Shown here piece after piece: positions 11,326-23,509 of a stretch of DNA of 64,000 nt. The number at the start of each line of letters is the position of its first letter. Position 1 is the stretch's first letter. Where the stretch lies: NCBI GenBank assembly GCA_964035545.1, contig OZ037765.1, positions 6,582,698-6,646,697 of the forward strand, given 5' to 3'. This DNA comes from Bugula neritina. Its lineage: Eukaryota > Animalia > Bryozoa. Both the position numbers and the translations under genes were made by a program. The notes under the pieces were generated by a model. The model saw only the letters and a program-made list of their open reading frames with translations. It was not told where the DNA came from and made no database searches.

Positions 11326-11735
11326 GAAATATTGATTTGACAAAAGTTGAAAATGTCAGTAAAGCAGGAATATTTTAGTGTATTCGAAATAGAGTAGTAG
11401 TAGTAGTAGTAGTTGAATTAAGGTTTCATAGAAGGTTGCAATTGGGAATAAACGCAATGTAATTTTACATGCAAAGCTTCTTTTTCTATGATTCATGAAT
11501 GTAAGGAGTGATCCCAAGTAACTAAAAGCATACCCCATCAGTACTGTCAGGAAACATGACAGTTTATTAAGTAGTCATAAGTAATCTACAACATGTTTGT
11601 AAGTAGTTCCAAAAACTATGTATTTGAGTTTGGTTGCTATTAGCTTCAGTATTATCAACTTGTTAGTAGACTAAAGAATTGCTGGCTGTAGCCTAATTGA
11701 TGGCTTTTTTGATTTCAGAGAAGTTTCTAGAAGCA

Positions 11736-12929
11736 ATGTCATGTGCAAGTCTAGTAAAGATAATTACATTGAAGAAAACCAGTATTCTAGTTTTCACCAT
11801 CTCCTTCTGCATCATACTTCCATTGTTGCTAAAAGACAACATACATTCACCTTATCATTTTGTTCTAAGCAAGCCATTTAATTCGTCAGCTAGAGAAGAA
11901 AACTATAAATTTAGAAATGACCTTGAGGTGCTAAAATCAAAAGTATACCTTTCACGGAACAAAAAGCTGTACAAAGATCACTTGCTATCACAGTGGAAAG
12001 AGACTGCTAAATTCAAATTGGTAGTTGTAATTGTGTCTGCCAGTCGTAGCCATTTTCCTAGTGGAAAAAATTACAATCCTAGATACTTAACTCAGGTGAC
12101 TGCTAAATATGGCTATTTGAAACTTAATCGACCCAGTGCTCAGTTGACAGACATGAAGCTAGTAGTATGTGACGTTGATAAAATCTCTCACTTCGAAGCA
12201 CTAAATCTTACAGATTACATACCAAAAATTAGTGTTTATGAAGGAGTCCCACGATCTCTAAAAATGAATGCTGATGCCTATGAGCAAGAAAAAGTTGATT
12301 ATGTACACTGCTTAAAACAATCTTTAAACTATACTTCAGACTATATTCTTATTGTTGAAGATGATGCTCTACCACATGATGATCTCTTGGAAAAACTTGA
12401 CCATCTTTTTTTCTATCGCCTGCCTAAGATTAACAATACCTTTGGTTTTATAAAACTGTTTCACCCAACAAGACTAAATGATTATATAACTGGAGATGGT
12501 AACCGGCTTTTAGAATGGTTTGCTTTTGCTGGTTTGATGGAACATCTTATTGCATCCTTTTTGTTTATATTTGGATTTACTGACCAGAACTCCATAGATA
12601 ACCGGCTGATTAGGTATATATTTTTGACATTCCTACTTTTGGGCATTGGAAGAATTAATGTAATGCAATGGAGAAAAATTTCACCTCACTTTTACCGGTT
12701 TGTACCAGCACCCAGTTGCTGTACTCCCGCCCTGTTATTTACACCCAACAGTGCAAAACTAATGGTGGACTATTTGAGTAAAGTAACTTGTCGCAAAGGT
12801 TATGCAAAGGACACAGCAATGGAAACTGCCGGATTTAAAAATTGGTTCTTTGAACCAAAATTATTTACGCATATTGGTGTTTATTCTACATTACATAAAA
12901 ATTTATTACACCCCGATATAGTTGATTAA
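11736..12929 (+). CDS. PGAP4: Post-GPI attachment to proteins factor 4 (GPI GalNAc transferase, TMEM246), single coding exon
   Basis: Motifs YEQEKVDYVHCL, ILIVEDDALP, IKLFHP, PAPSCCTPALLF, YAKD, HIG; N-terminal TM and internal TM pair. Acceptor tttcag ending at 11718 suggests ATG 11736 is the start. Confidence 0.9.
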   Translation: MSCASLVKIITLKKTSILVFTISFCIILPLLLKDNIHSPYHFVLSKPFNSSAREENYKFRNDLEVLKSKVYLSRNKKLYKDHLLSQWKETAKFKLVVVIVSASRSHFPSGKNYNPRYLTQVTAKYGYLKLNRPSAQLTDMKLVVCDVDKISHFEALNLTDYIPKISVYEGVPRSLKMNADAYEQEKVDYVHCLKQSLNYTSDYILIVEDDALPHDDLLEKLDHLFFYRLPKINNTFGFIKLFHPTRLNDYITGDGNRLLEWFAFAGLMEHLIASFLFIFGFTDQNSIDNRLIRYIFLTFLLLGIGRINVMQWRKISPHFYRFVPAPSCCTPALLFTPNSAKLMVDYLSKVTCRKGYAKDTAMETAGFKNWFFEPKLFTHIGVYSTLHKNLLHPDIVD

Positions 12930-13143
12930 GGTTGATTTATTTTCTTATTTTTATTTACAAAATAAATAAGTATTGTTGCCAACATGGTTTTGAATTAAAC
13001 TTTTTTATTACACAGTATTTATTGTTTGAATATAAGTCATCCTGTGAAACCTAAGTTTCTGAGTAAACTTATTTCAGGTGCTAAAAATATAAATTAATTT
13101 TATTTGTCACTAGCAATACCTTACAGTCTCGACTGCCAAAATA

Positions 13144-16100
13144 TCAAGATCCTGAACTATCACCTAAGACTTGGATTTTAGGCGTCTTTGTATCGAGCTT
13201 CCTTTTACCTTTTTCAGTTGTTGCAATTTTTTTGTGCATTTTCTCTTCCTGTACTATGATGTCTACAAAAATATTTTGTTTATTCAATATTTATTGCAAA
13301 GCAAATTGAGAAAAAAATTTGTAAAATAAAATGTACTTTCAATCACAATACAATCCACATATAAATAATATTATGCTACAACCTTTTTCAATCAAAAGTT
13401 CTGGTACTAATTGAGAGATGCTTGACTCTGCATAACTTAGAATCCAGCCACTGTAAAAATCCAATTTTCGTTTTACTAGCAACAGCTGTTTTCTGCTTTC
13501 TGTGGCTTCTATATCTGTAATCAAGTCAATCCAACATTTTATGGAAAAAGTATCATCAGTAAATTATCAACAGTTGAGCAGCATATAAATACGTAAACAA
13601 ACTTTTGTCGTCTTATCACAAAATTGTAACTGATCATGAAGATTGAAGCGCAGAAATAACACTGCAAAAGCGATTTCAAATTGCTCCATTTTTACATTGT
13701 AATTATTTTTAATAACTACTGATATTATTTTGAGAATGCTACTTGCCGCTTTTCAATTCATTTCTAGAATTAGATATGAGTTTCAACATATCTGAAAATG
13801 CCATGAGAAGGAAGTCATTGCAAAAGTTTTCTTCTGGTCCTTGCAGAATCAACACAACATTGTCCACAACTTGTAGCAAGTGGTCTAGTGATATAAATAA
13901 GTCGTCTATCTAAAAATAAAATCAGGCAACTTGTTAAAAGATGAAAACTAACAATTCATAAAACATTTTTACCTGTTGCAACACGCAGCTTAATAACTGC
14001 GCTAGCTTGAAAGTTTAAACTTCGAACTTTTAAGCTAGCCCATTAGGGAGCAGCCGTGGTCGAGGGGTTAGAGCAGTTGCCTAGTAAGCACGAAGTCATG
14101 GGTTCGAGCTCGGTCAAAGGCCATTGGTGATGTTAGGAAGAGCATCCAGTCATAATTGCTCCTGTGCCTTATCTTAATAAGTCCTTAGCCCAATTTAAGA
14201 AAAACCCCTTCCATCGGGGGTTTTCTCACAGGGATGGTGACCATAAACTTGCATGAGTTTTTTAAGCTAGCCCGTTGATAAGGCTGTATGTTGCAGCAGC
14301 TAAAAATAGCATGCAATGGAAGTTAGCTATAATTAATACAAGTTTTATAATAGCCATAGAGCAGAAGCAGACAGGAAACTTCATTTTCAAGCAATCAGAA
14401 ATCCCCAACCAATTCAACACATATGCTCAGCAGATTTGCTATTAAAAAATTGGTTGAGCATGCAACCCTCAAACAGTATGCAGATGAAAGCTAATCTAAG
14501 AATATTCTAATACTGCATAAAGTGTGCCATGGATTGCTATACATGTAAGCCTCAAGGCCAAACTCTAATTTGAGTGTTCTATGAGCTTTTGTTGAAGTGA
14601 GACAACGCTTGCCTATCAGCTTATAATCAGCACATAAAACAACCCAGATTCCATTGCTTATTCTTACTTTTTTCAAAGAGGCATACATCTGCCTGAATGC
14701 TTCTCCAGCTGAATGTATATTAGTAGCATGTAGAATAACATCAGAAAGTGACACGAAGTCTTCGGCACATTGAACACACAACTCCTTGTCTTGATGCTCA
14801 CCATTGTATCGCATTGTCACAAAAGTGTATGCCAATAGAATGTTCAAAGTGTTGTATTTCAGACATGGAGGCGGATCGAACTTCTAAAATAAATTGTTTT
14901 TCTTTTACTTTTTGCTTTTTAAATCTTCTTTATTGGAGAGAAGTATGATAAGTAATTATAGAATATAATGAGAAAAAATCAAACCGTAAAATGGGAAAAT
15001 GGCTGAATCTTTGTAGATATTTTAGGAAATTTGAAATCACTTAGATCATCTTGTTCTTCCACTTCTTCAGCATCAACTTCGACCACTAATGGTTTCTTTG
15101 CTTTCTATTATAGAAAACATGGTGGAAACTACACTAAAATTAGTATATAAAGACAGTCACAATTTTCAAAAAAAGTCACGCAAATCAGCATAATGCACGG
15201 CTACCAAATTAGTGCTACATTATTTTCATTATATAAGATATGTAAATAGTTGCAGTGAGAGCTTACTTTATATGTCCACCAAGGCAACCATTCTGGTATC
15301 AAATTTGAGAAATTTTGTTCTTGTACAATTTTTTTAAACTCTTTCCGCTCTTTTTCAGACAGCTGCATCCATATTTCTTGCGAATCCCCATCTACAATAA
15401 ACATAAAACTTTGAGTTGACTATTGATGTAAGCCATAAGCTTTTTCTAACCTGGTTAACTAATAAAAACTTACCAGCATAAAAAAGATGATAAATTTCTA
15501 TTTTAAAATAATCAAAATCTATGGAAGCATAAACTAAATGTTGCAAATCATAAGAGAAAAAATTTATATATTTTATAATGGCCTTATATTTGAGTTTGGT
15601 GCATAAATTGATAGAGCAAGAGGTAATAGTTATAGATACACCAAAGAATAAATTAAGTGTACCTAAATCAACTCCAGCTAAGCGGGATGCCAAGTCAGCA
15701 ATTTTTTCATTATGCAGCATTGCCTCCTCGTCATCTGCACACTCTTGCTCGAAATTCTTCAGTAGTTGCATAATAACCTTCTTTTCTTCATCACTATAAA
15801 TGAAAATTACTTTAGTTTGTATGGCAAGAAAGCTTCACAGTGTGTAATACTCATTGAAAACATCACAAGCAAGACATGCATACCTGGCTTTCATCTGTTG
15901 CAAATCTTCAACCACATTGTCTTCATAGAACTTTTCAGAGCATTTTTCATGTGAATTATGCTGGTAGCATTTGACCGAGCAATATGGAATTTGACACTTT
16001 GGACATGTGTATAAAGCTTTCTGCTTGTGACAACTATAAAAATTACCTAGATGCTAATTAAATATCAACAAGAATAGCAACTTAATTTATTGTTCATTGC

Positions 16101-16248
16101 TTGTTAAAAAAAGTCTAACAGTAATATTGACACTCACACAGTAATGAGTTGACTAGTTCACATGTACTGACAGCCATTGACTAGCAACGAAAAAAAAAGT
16201 CAATGAAAATACTTACATTTTACAACTGAAAGATCTTGTTTGGTCCAT
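13144..16248 (-). CDS. ZNHIT2: Zinc finger HIT domain-containing protein 2
   Basis: Exons 16248-16217, 16033-15884, 15793-15663, 15391-15267, 15104-14985, 14883-14668, 13909-13747, 13514-13383, 13262-13144. HIT finger YTCPKCQIPYCSVKCY..H..CSEKFY; W.PWW; NILLAY....R.YNG; RKL.FY..W. Confidence 0.88.
14045..14259 (+). mobile_element. Full-length tRNA-derived SINE in a ZNHIT2 intron
   Basis: A box TGGTCGAGGGG, B box GGTTCGAGCTC; ~17-bp TSD TTTTAAGCTAGCCC(A/G)TT at 14028-14044 and 14260-14276; second copy split at 1621-1804 and 6310-6345. Confidence 0.9.
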
Positions 16249-16384
16249 GATATTATAACAGTTTATGTTCTCTCCAAATTAGTACTATCAAAAAACAATG
16301 GAAATAATCTGATGGCGATACAAATATTACATAGTGCTAGCGACACGCATATACATTATGTTAAATGTTTTAACTATAATATTA

Positions 16385-16665
16385 GGTGTCTGGTAAAAAT
16401 GGCATCAGTAATAATGGCACAGGTAATAATGGCACAAATGGCAAAGTAGGTAAAAATGGCACATTTTCAATATTAGGGTTTGGGGTTTAGATTGGGGGTT
16501 TAGGTTTGGAGATAGGAGTCTGAGTTTGGGGTTTAAGGGTTAGGAGATTGGATTTGGGGTTTGGGAAAATTTAATATAATTTTTACCTACTTTTCCATTT
16601 TTGCCATTATTAACTGTGCCATTTTTACAGTGCCACTTTTACCTGTGCTGTTTTTACTTAAAATC
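16385..16665. mobile_element. MULE-like MITE with tandem subterminal repeats and a telomere-like G-rich core
   Basis: Tandem GGTAA(A/T)AATGGCAC units on the left, inverted on the right; TTAGGG/TTTGGG-like centre; 9-bp TSD ATAATATTA/ATAATATCA. Confidence 0.8.
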
Positions 16666-18274
16666 ATAATATCAATATAGGGTTCTAATAAACATAATAA
16701 AAAACTCACTCACATTAGAGAGAATATATTCTAATAAACATAATAATAATTATTAATTAAATTATTATAAATGCTAGACATAATATTAAATTTAATGATA
16801 ATAATAATACCAAATTTTTTAGTTAGTTAAACTTTAACTTCAAGTCATTTTATCAATTCTTGTTCATATTCATATTGAATATCAATTTGAAATCTAACTT
16901 ATTTTCAAAATAAAATTAAATATTTTAATTTATGTTATTCACGTATTAGTTATTAGTAATAGTAATACTTAGTATTACTATTACTACTTATACTTAGAGT
17001 TATAGTTATACACTTACAGCTATAGTTCAAGTTGTTAGTTATTCATATTGATATTCAATAATGATATTATTATTTATATTGTTATATTAAGGTTATAGGC
17101 TCAACTTAATCATAGTGATAATCATAACGATAATGTTACACTAACACCAACAGTAAGTGTAACACTTGTGACTTACACTTACTCTTAGTCTTACTCTTAG
17201 TTTTACACTTAATCTTATGAGTTATGACTTACACTTACAGTCAGTTACAGTTTGAGTTATCACTAATCCGTTAATCAATGTTATACCACGGTGGGTTTTG
17301 AAAGAAAAATTCTCATAGTCGTACTGTATCTTTTAAAATTAATTATTTGCCATTTTTTATCAATTGTAATCATACTTGATCCGTATGAATATCATAAATT
17401 AAAGATTTTTTTAAAATAAAATAAAAGAACTTTTAATCATAATCGTGTAATGTCGTTATACAATTTTTGTTAATGTCAGTAGTGGATACGCTATACTCAT
17501 GGGTAGTTTGTTAAACTGCGTTTTACTGGTCCAGATTGCTTGCAGGTGCGAAAAACCATGCACACTAGACAATGCATCAAAGCAATGTTTACTAATTTTA
17601 ACACAGCAACAACTAAGCTGAGCAGCAATGATGATGATGAACTCTTTATTGATAAAATAATACAAGAAAAAAAGAAAATACCTCTATTTGCAGGCAAAGA
17701 TGAAAGTTAATATTTTTGAATGTATAAAAATACAATCTACAGTATATTTGTATAACAGTTTTTTGTTTTTGTTTGTTGTTTTTTTTTAATATTATAGGGT
17801 ATAATTATATAATATTATTAAATACAGTATGATGCTTGAAAATAAAGATTGTATTGAGTATTATATTGAGTATATGAGTGTTATAGCCTGGCCTTGGTTG
17901 TCATCTGCTCTGGGTAATTAGAACATCAGTCTTCTAGCTGCAAGTGAGTAGTAACTAGTAACTATTGAAAATTGTTATAATCCTGCAGGTGTGGTTTAGC
18001 TTATAACCTAAGTCTGCTAGCAAGCAGTTGATTCATGTATGATTGTCATTCAACTGAGACACATATACTTATAGCAAGATCACGAAGTTGGAAGATGTAG
18101 GTATTAGTGATATTACGTTTAAATGTTGTCATTGCAGGTGAAGTTATAACTTATAACATTTTGCTCACAAAGTCAAACATGAAATATCTACAGTTTAGTT
18201 TTAGTGTTAAATCTTGAAAAATAGCACTTATGGAATAAAAAAATACACACACACAGTTTAGATATGAAAAACAA

Positions 18275-18361
18275 GGTGTCCAGTAAAAATGGTACAGGTA
18301 ATAGTGGCACCAGTGTACCATTTTTGCTTATTTTCCATTTGTGCCATTTCTACCTAAAATT
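18275..18361. mobile_element. Short internally deleted copy of the same MULE-like MITE
   Basis: Same GGTGTC..GTAAAAATGG start and inverted end; 9-bp TSD GAAAAACAA/GAAAAGCAA. Confidence 0.75.
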
Positions 18362-18770
18362 GAAAAGCAAAGCTACTTAAAGATCCACCAGATTTGTGGA
18401 AGCATACATTTAGATTAGAACTCAAGCCTGAAGAATTTTGCATGAGTGACAACAGTGAGATATTTTAATTCTTATATGCCTTTGACTAACTTGTTTTACA
18501 GTGTTTACATTAAATCTACTGTTTTGAAAACATCAAATTAAACTAAAAATTTTATTACAATGCAAAAGGTTATATTTGAGTATGTACAGCTAATAAAGCA
18601 CATTTATTTCTATTAAGTAGTCAAAAATGTAAAAATTGACAAATAAAAAAAATCAAAACTTGAAACATATAAATTATAATATTTTTCAACTAACAACAAA
18701 ATGTTTTGACAACATAAAAAACTTATACTATGACTAGAAGCTAAAAACTAACACAGAGAAATCACATGAG

Positions 18771-21700
18771 CTACACATGGTGCTGAAACTGTTTATAAAA
18801 CAGATCTTTGACACTTTCGCATCTCCCTTCCTCAAACTCCAGCTTGCTCAAATTCACCTTCATCACTTTGAGAAGATTTAACAACCCATCAAATTTATAC
18901 TACAAACAAAATTGTTAGCTACAATGATGCTGTCAAGTTGCGTTAAAAAATATTTAGTAAAATGGTAACTACATATTAAAACATGACCTACGTTGTTGAA
19001 TGCATTATAAACAGCTTTGAAGGCAGGCTGGTTTTGGTTATGCAGAACACCTCTATTCCCATGTAAGACGCTGATACCATACAGTTCTGCAGGACGGCAC
19101 ACACTCATGTACATACAATGATCAGGTCTGTAGTTCCAGCTACAGTCAAATATGTACACAAATTCTAAAATAAACAAAATGAATCAAAGTGGAAATCTTG
19201 CGGTATTCAGTAATCAACAGAGTATGTTATATATTAACTGACATAATCAAATTCCTTCACAGCATATTGGCAGTTTATAGTTTCACTAGAAATATTATAA
19301 ATATAATCTTTAAAAAAGATGTCAACCCAGTTTATTCATGCTTGAAGTTGATATAACTAAAACAATTATGAATACTTAAAGCTCTTTCATAAATAGTTCA
19401 TGCACACACCTGGGTAATGATGAAATAAAATATTCAACAAGTCTTGGTCACCCCAACTAATGTTATATCTGTAGGTTTCAAAATACTCATCTATGTGCTG
19501 CAGCCATGGGAATTGTCTGATTCTTGTCAGGTTCATGAGCATCACACCAGAATTTATTCCTACAAGTCATAAAAATCCTTACCAGCGCCATTTGTCATTA
19601 AGTTATGTATAAACAATCCACAGGGAGGGGAGAAGGAAACAGTTGGAGGATAGACCGAATTATGTTTTTCTCTAGCTTGTTTTGATAATGAATCGATTTA
19701 AACAGAATACTTCAGCATGCTTCAAAAGATCACAGAGCTTTATAAAAATCGTACTGAAGTCTTAAACTATTTTTCCATGCAGTTATAAGTTTGATGCTAC
19801 ATCCATGTAACTAAAAACCGATAGCAGTTATAAAAATATTTAAAATAAAAAACAGGAGCATTTCCAACAAAATTTGCAATTACCCAAAACTGCCAGTCAA
19901 AATTAACTAGAAAGCCTTGCAAGCATTGTCTAGAGTTGTCTCTATACAAATCGTATGGCACTTACCCAATTTGCCAAAATATGGATGTCTGGCAAACCGA
20001 TTATACCAGCCAGCATTGGGAGACTCATGTTCAGGTGCCACTGCTGCCAGTTGAGAAGAGTTGAACTTAGCAAAGTGAGCCCAAATGTCCTGTACGGGTC
20101 TCATCAGCAGGATGTCAGTGTCTATGTACAGCAGAGAATCCACATTTTTCAGTATGGTCTGCAAGAGTTCAAAAAATCATAAATTTACAAAAAGCTACAT
20201 TATTAAATATTGATGATGGTGAAGCTGGTGATCAGCTATGTTTGCTATACATCAAGTAGGGACAACTCTCATTTGATCATTAGTACAATACCTTTGTTAT
20301 GCAAGCCTCAACATTCACAGAGCTCATAACTTTTGTAACTTTTATGACACTTTAGATAAAGTTGACAAACTTGGCTGCCCAAAAATTCATTAGTAGAAAA
20401 CTTAAAACTTACTAGAAGAAGTACAGAAAATTTCATGGTGTCAACTTTTAATAAATGCAACTTGAACAATAAGTTTGTATGGACATTCTTTTGTCCAATG
20501 AAATGGAACCTATTTTCACATGAATGAATGGGTGAATTTTGAGCTTTTTCGTGGTTTCAGATGACATTTAATACAATAGTATTTAAACATGTACTGATAA
20601 GTAACATTTTGAAAAATGCTACAAAGTAAAATAAAAATTGTTTGAAAAACTCAAACAATTACTTGGAGTTGTCTTTACTGCTAAGAGGAAAGTACACTTG
20701 ATTATAATGAAACACATAGCTACAGAATTGAAAAATTTCGATTTCAATGTCACATAATGAATTAATGAAAAAATTAATGTTGTATTTAATTATTCAACTA
20801 TTATGCTTAGCTAAAATGGTCTAAAATAAATAAATTTATTAGATCATTTTAAATAATAACTTTTCGGTGTGCAGAAAAATAAAAAGAACTTTCAACAAAA
20901 TACTGCAAAAACTTAATTTATAAAAGAAAATAATAGCGGTTTAAGCTATAGCTATCAGTGATCAAATATTTTGTTACTAATATTATGCATACATACAGGC
21001 ATGAAAAGACGTTGAGTAGCACAAGTTTTGAAAACTTTTTTCCATTCATTGAATCTTTCAGGAGGGTAGGTTATTGAGTAAAGCTGGAACTGCATCTTAT
21101 TTATAAGGTCGTCTGGCCAGCTGTCAAACTATACAATATGGTAAAGCGTTAGATACATGTCTGAATTGCAATACTCAACACAAATTTTTTTCACAAAAGT
21201 AAGCAATTAAATTTTACATTATATAATGTCTAATAGCAAATAAGGTGTAGCAAGTCTTGCGCAGTAAGTATTTATTAAAAAGGCTTATCAAATTATAATA
21301 TTTAGCATAATTATACCACAACAGAAACTGAACAGCTTATTCTATTAACCCTATTTAATTCTGCGCATTATTTTACTTACTTCTTGCTGAAATAAAACCT
21401 TTAGATTGTCTTCTGCAAATATATGAAAATACACTGGAGATCTAGCAGTGACCATGATAGCTTTGACAGCCACAGTTGTTTCAGGTTGTCGATCACCACA
21501 AGCAACAACGCCCACGTGTACCCAGGATGGGTAGAGGAAGTTTCTAGATCATTAGAAATAGGCACATTAGCTAACAGCACCACAAATATTTTACAAAAAT
21601 TTATATCCTGACAAGATGAACAGAATAAACGTTTGGTCAAATAGTATTCATTAGATTTAATAAGATAAATTGAACATTTAATTACCTAACAAATTTTGCA

Positions 21701-21873
21701 AACAGAAACACATACCTGTTATAGTCCTGCTCTAGATCGCTAAAACTAGAGCAATCGTCTTTATCATCTTGCCTGCATTCTCCAAGCCCCTCATCCATAG
21801 ATGAATACATAGACTTCAAACCATTTACGCAGACAATACAAGTTAGAAATAACTTTATCAAAACACTCAACAT
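18771..21873 (-). CDS. GXYLT1: Glucoside xylosyltransferase (GT8; GXYLT1/2, shams-like)
   Basis: Exons 21873-21716, 21543-21381, 21128-20997, 20158-19966, 19559-19410, 19164-18992, 18899-18771. Motifs [76 protein letters not shown]. Paralog number cannot be resolved. Confidence 0.93.
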
Positions 21874-22213
21874 GGTATCTGTGGAGATATAGAAGCTGAT
21901 CTTGGATAAAAGCCTAATCACTACATTAGTTCTACAACAATAAAGAAAAGTTAACAAACAGCATGATCATAATGAATATCAATGACAATACCATTACTAT
22001 TAGTATTAACAATTAAATTTAAGTATCCAGTATGAGTATGACTATCAGTATCTCTATGACTATCACTATGAGTATGAGTATTGTTATTTCTATTAATTGT
22101 TATATTTATTTTTAACAATAACTATAAGACTAAGTATAAGTATAACATATTAATATAATTTTATAAACAGATAAGTGTAACAATTATAATCATAATGGCA
22201 AGAATTAACTTAC

Positions 22214-22620
22214 CATCTGTATCTGTACCATAACAATATTAATAAATATCATCATAATGATGATGGTTTCCACTTAACATTTTGATCCAAAATTGTTTTA
22301 CAAATGTCACTTGCGTTTTTACTCTGATTTCCATTACAACAGGAAAATAAGTAAGAAAAAGTATTTAATCGAGCCGTAACAGTTAGTCTTCGATAGTACC
22401 TCAAAGTTGATTGGCTTATTTGCCGCATTATGGGCCCAGAGGTTGGTGCTGTTTCCCCATAACTTTGATTTTGACAAAAGCTCTGTAAACTTTGCAGTTT
22501 GCACCAAGTACCCACGCGTATCTTTGTAGCTTTTAGCAATAAATTAAAATTTAAGGTCTCCTTGCTTAATCATAATGAGTGGCTTTGGTTTTGATCTGAA
22601 AATGATCCATTCTTAGTCGT
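22214..22620. promoter_or_regulatory. Putative bidirectional promoter (GXYLT <- -> COPS3)
   Basis: CpG-retaining island between divergent genes; minus-strand donor ATG|GTAAGT at 22213. Confidence 0.6.
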
Positions 22621-23509
22621 GACAATTCTTTTATAAGATTAAATGCTTTAAGTTTATAAGTTAAAGTTTATTCAAAGAGTGAAAGACTAAGTCTAAGACT
22701 AAGAGTAAGACTAAGAGTAAACCTGTAAAGTTAGTGTTACTGTTAGCGTTACTAATGCTAATAGACCATAGTAATAAGTTTAAATTAACTTATTAACTAA
22801 AGTTAATTGTGATAATCATAGTGATACTCATACTTATTTACTACTAATACTAAGTCTAATGGTACTAGTAGTACTAATAGTAATACTAATAGTAATACTA
22901 ATACTAATAGTAATAGGAATGCTAATAGTAATTGTAATAGCAATATCAATATGTATACTACTAGTACTGTACTAGTACTATGTTTATTAGTATTACTATT
23001 AGGCTTATCTGCCTAAACAACTCAAATTGAACTTTTCTGTTTAAACTGATGGTGAGAATCATATGACAAAGAACATTTCACATTGTGACAGTGTTACATT
23101 TTCATTATCGTGATAAACTTTTATGCCAAAGCAAATTAATTTAATTATATATTTTGTGAGTTTATGTCTTTACTTAACTATTAACTTAGAGGTTATGATT
23201 ATCTGGCTCATTACTAAAATAGAGCTAAAAGTAAATAATTCCCATGTTTCTCATATGTGTGTATGTTTAGCTTATGCAATGTACATATTATTTATTTAAA
23301 CAATTCAAAGTGTCCATCTCTCACTCATACATGTATGTATGATTTCACAAAAGTATCTTAGTTATATCAAAGATATTAGCAGAGTAATAGTCTCATAGAG
23401 CTGCAGGCTGCAGTCCCAACCTCCTAAATGCGTTACTAGCTCTGTATTTTGGTCTGTTGAATTCCAATGCATGTCTTTACAGGTTTTTCACTCAGAAAAA
23501 TAGCTACTG

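Noticed and set aside
14046-14122. Possible tRNA-Thr gene
   Set aside because: The acceptor stem does not pair, and the sequence continues into a repeated body with a TSD; it is a SINE head.
16470-16566. Interstitial telomere
   Set aside because: Degenerate G-rich core enclosed by inverted repeats and a 9-bp TSD; part of a MITE.
17456-17710. Short ORFs on both strands near 17.5-17.7 kb
   Set aside because: No recognisable domain or supported splice structure.
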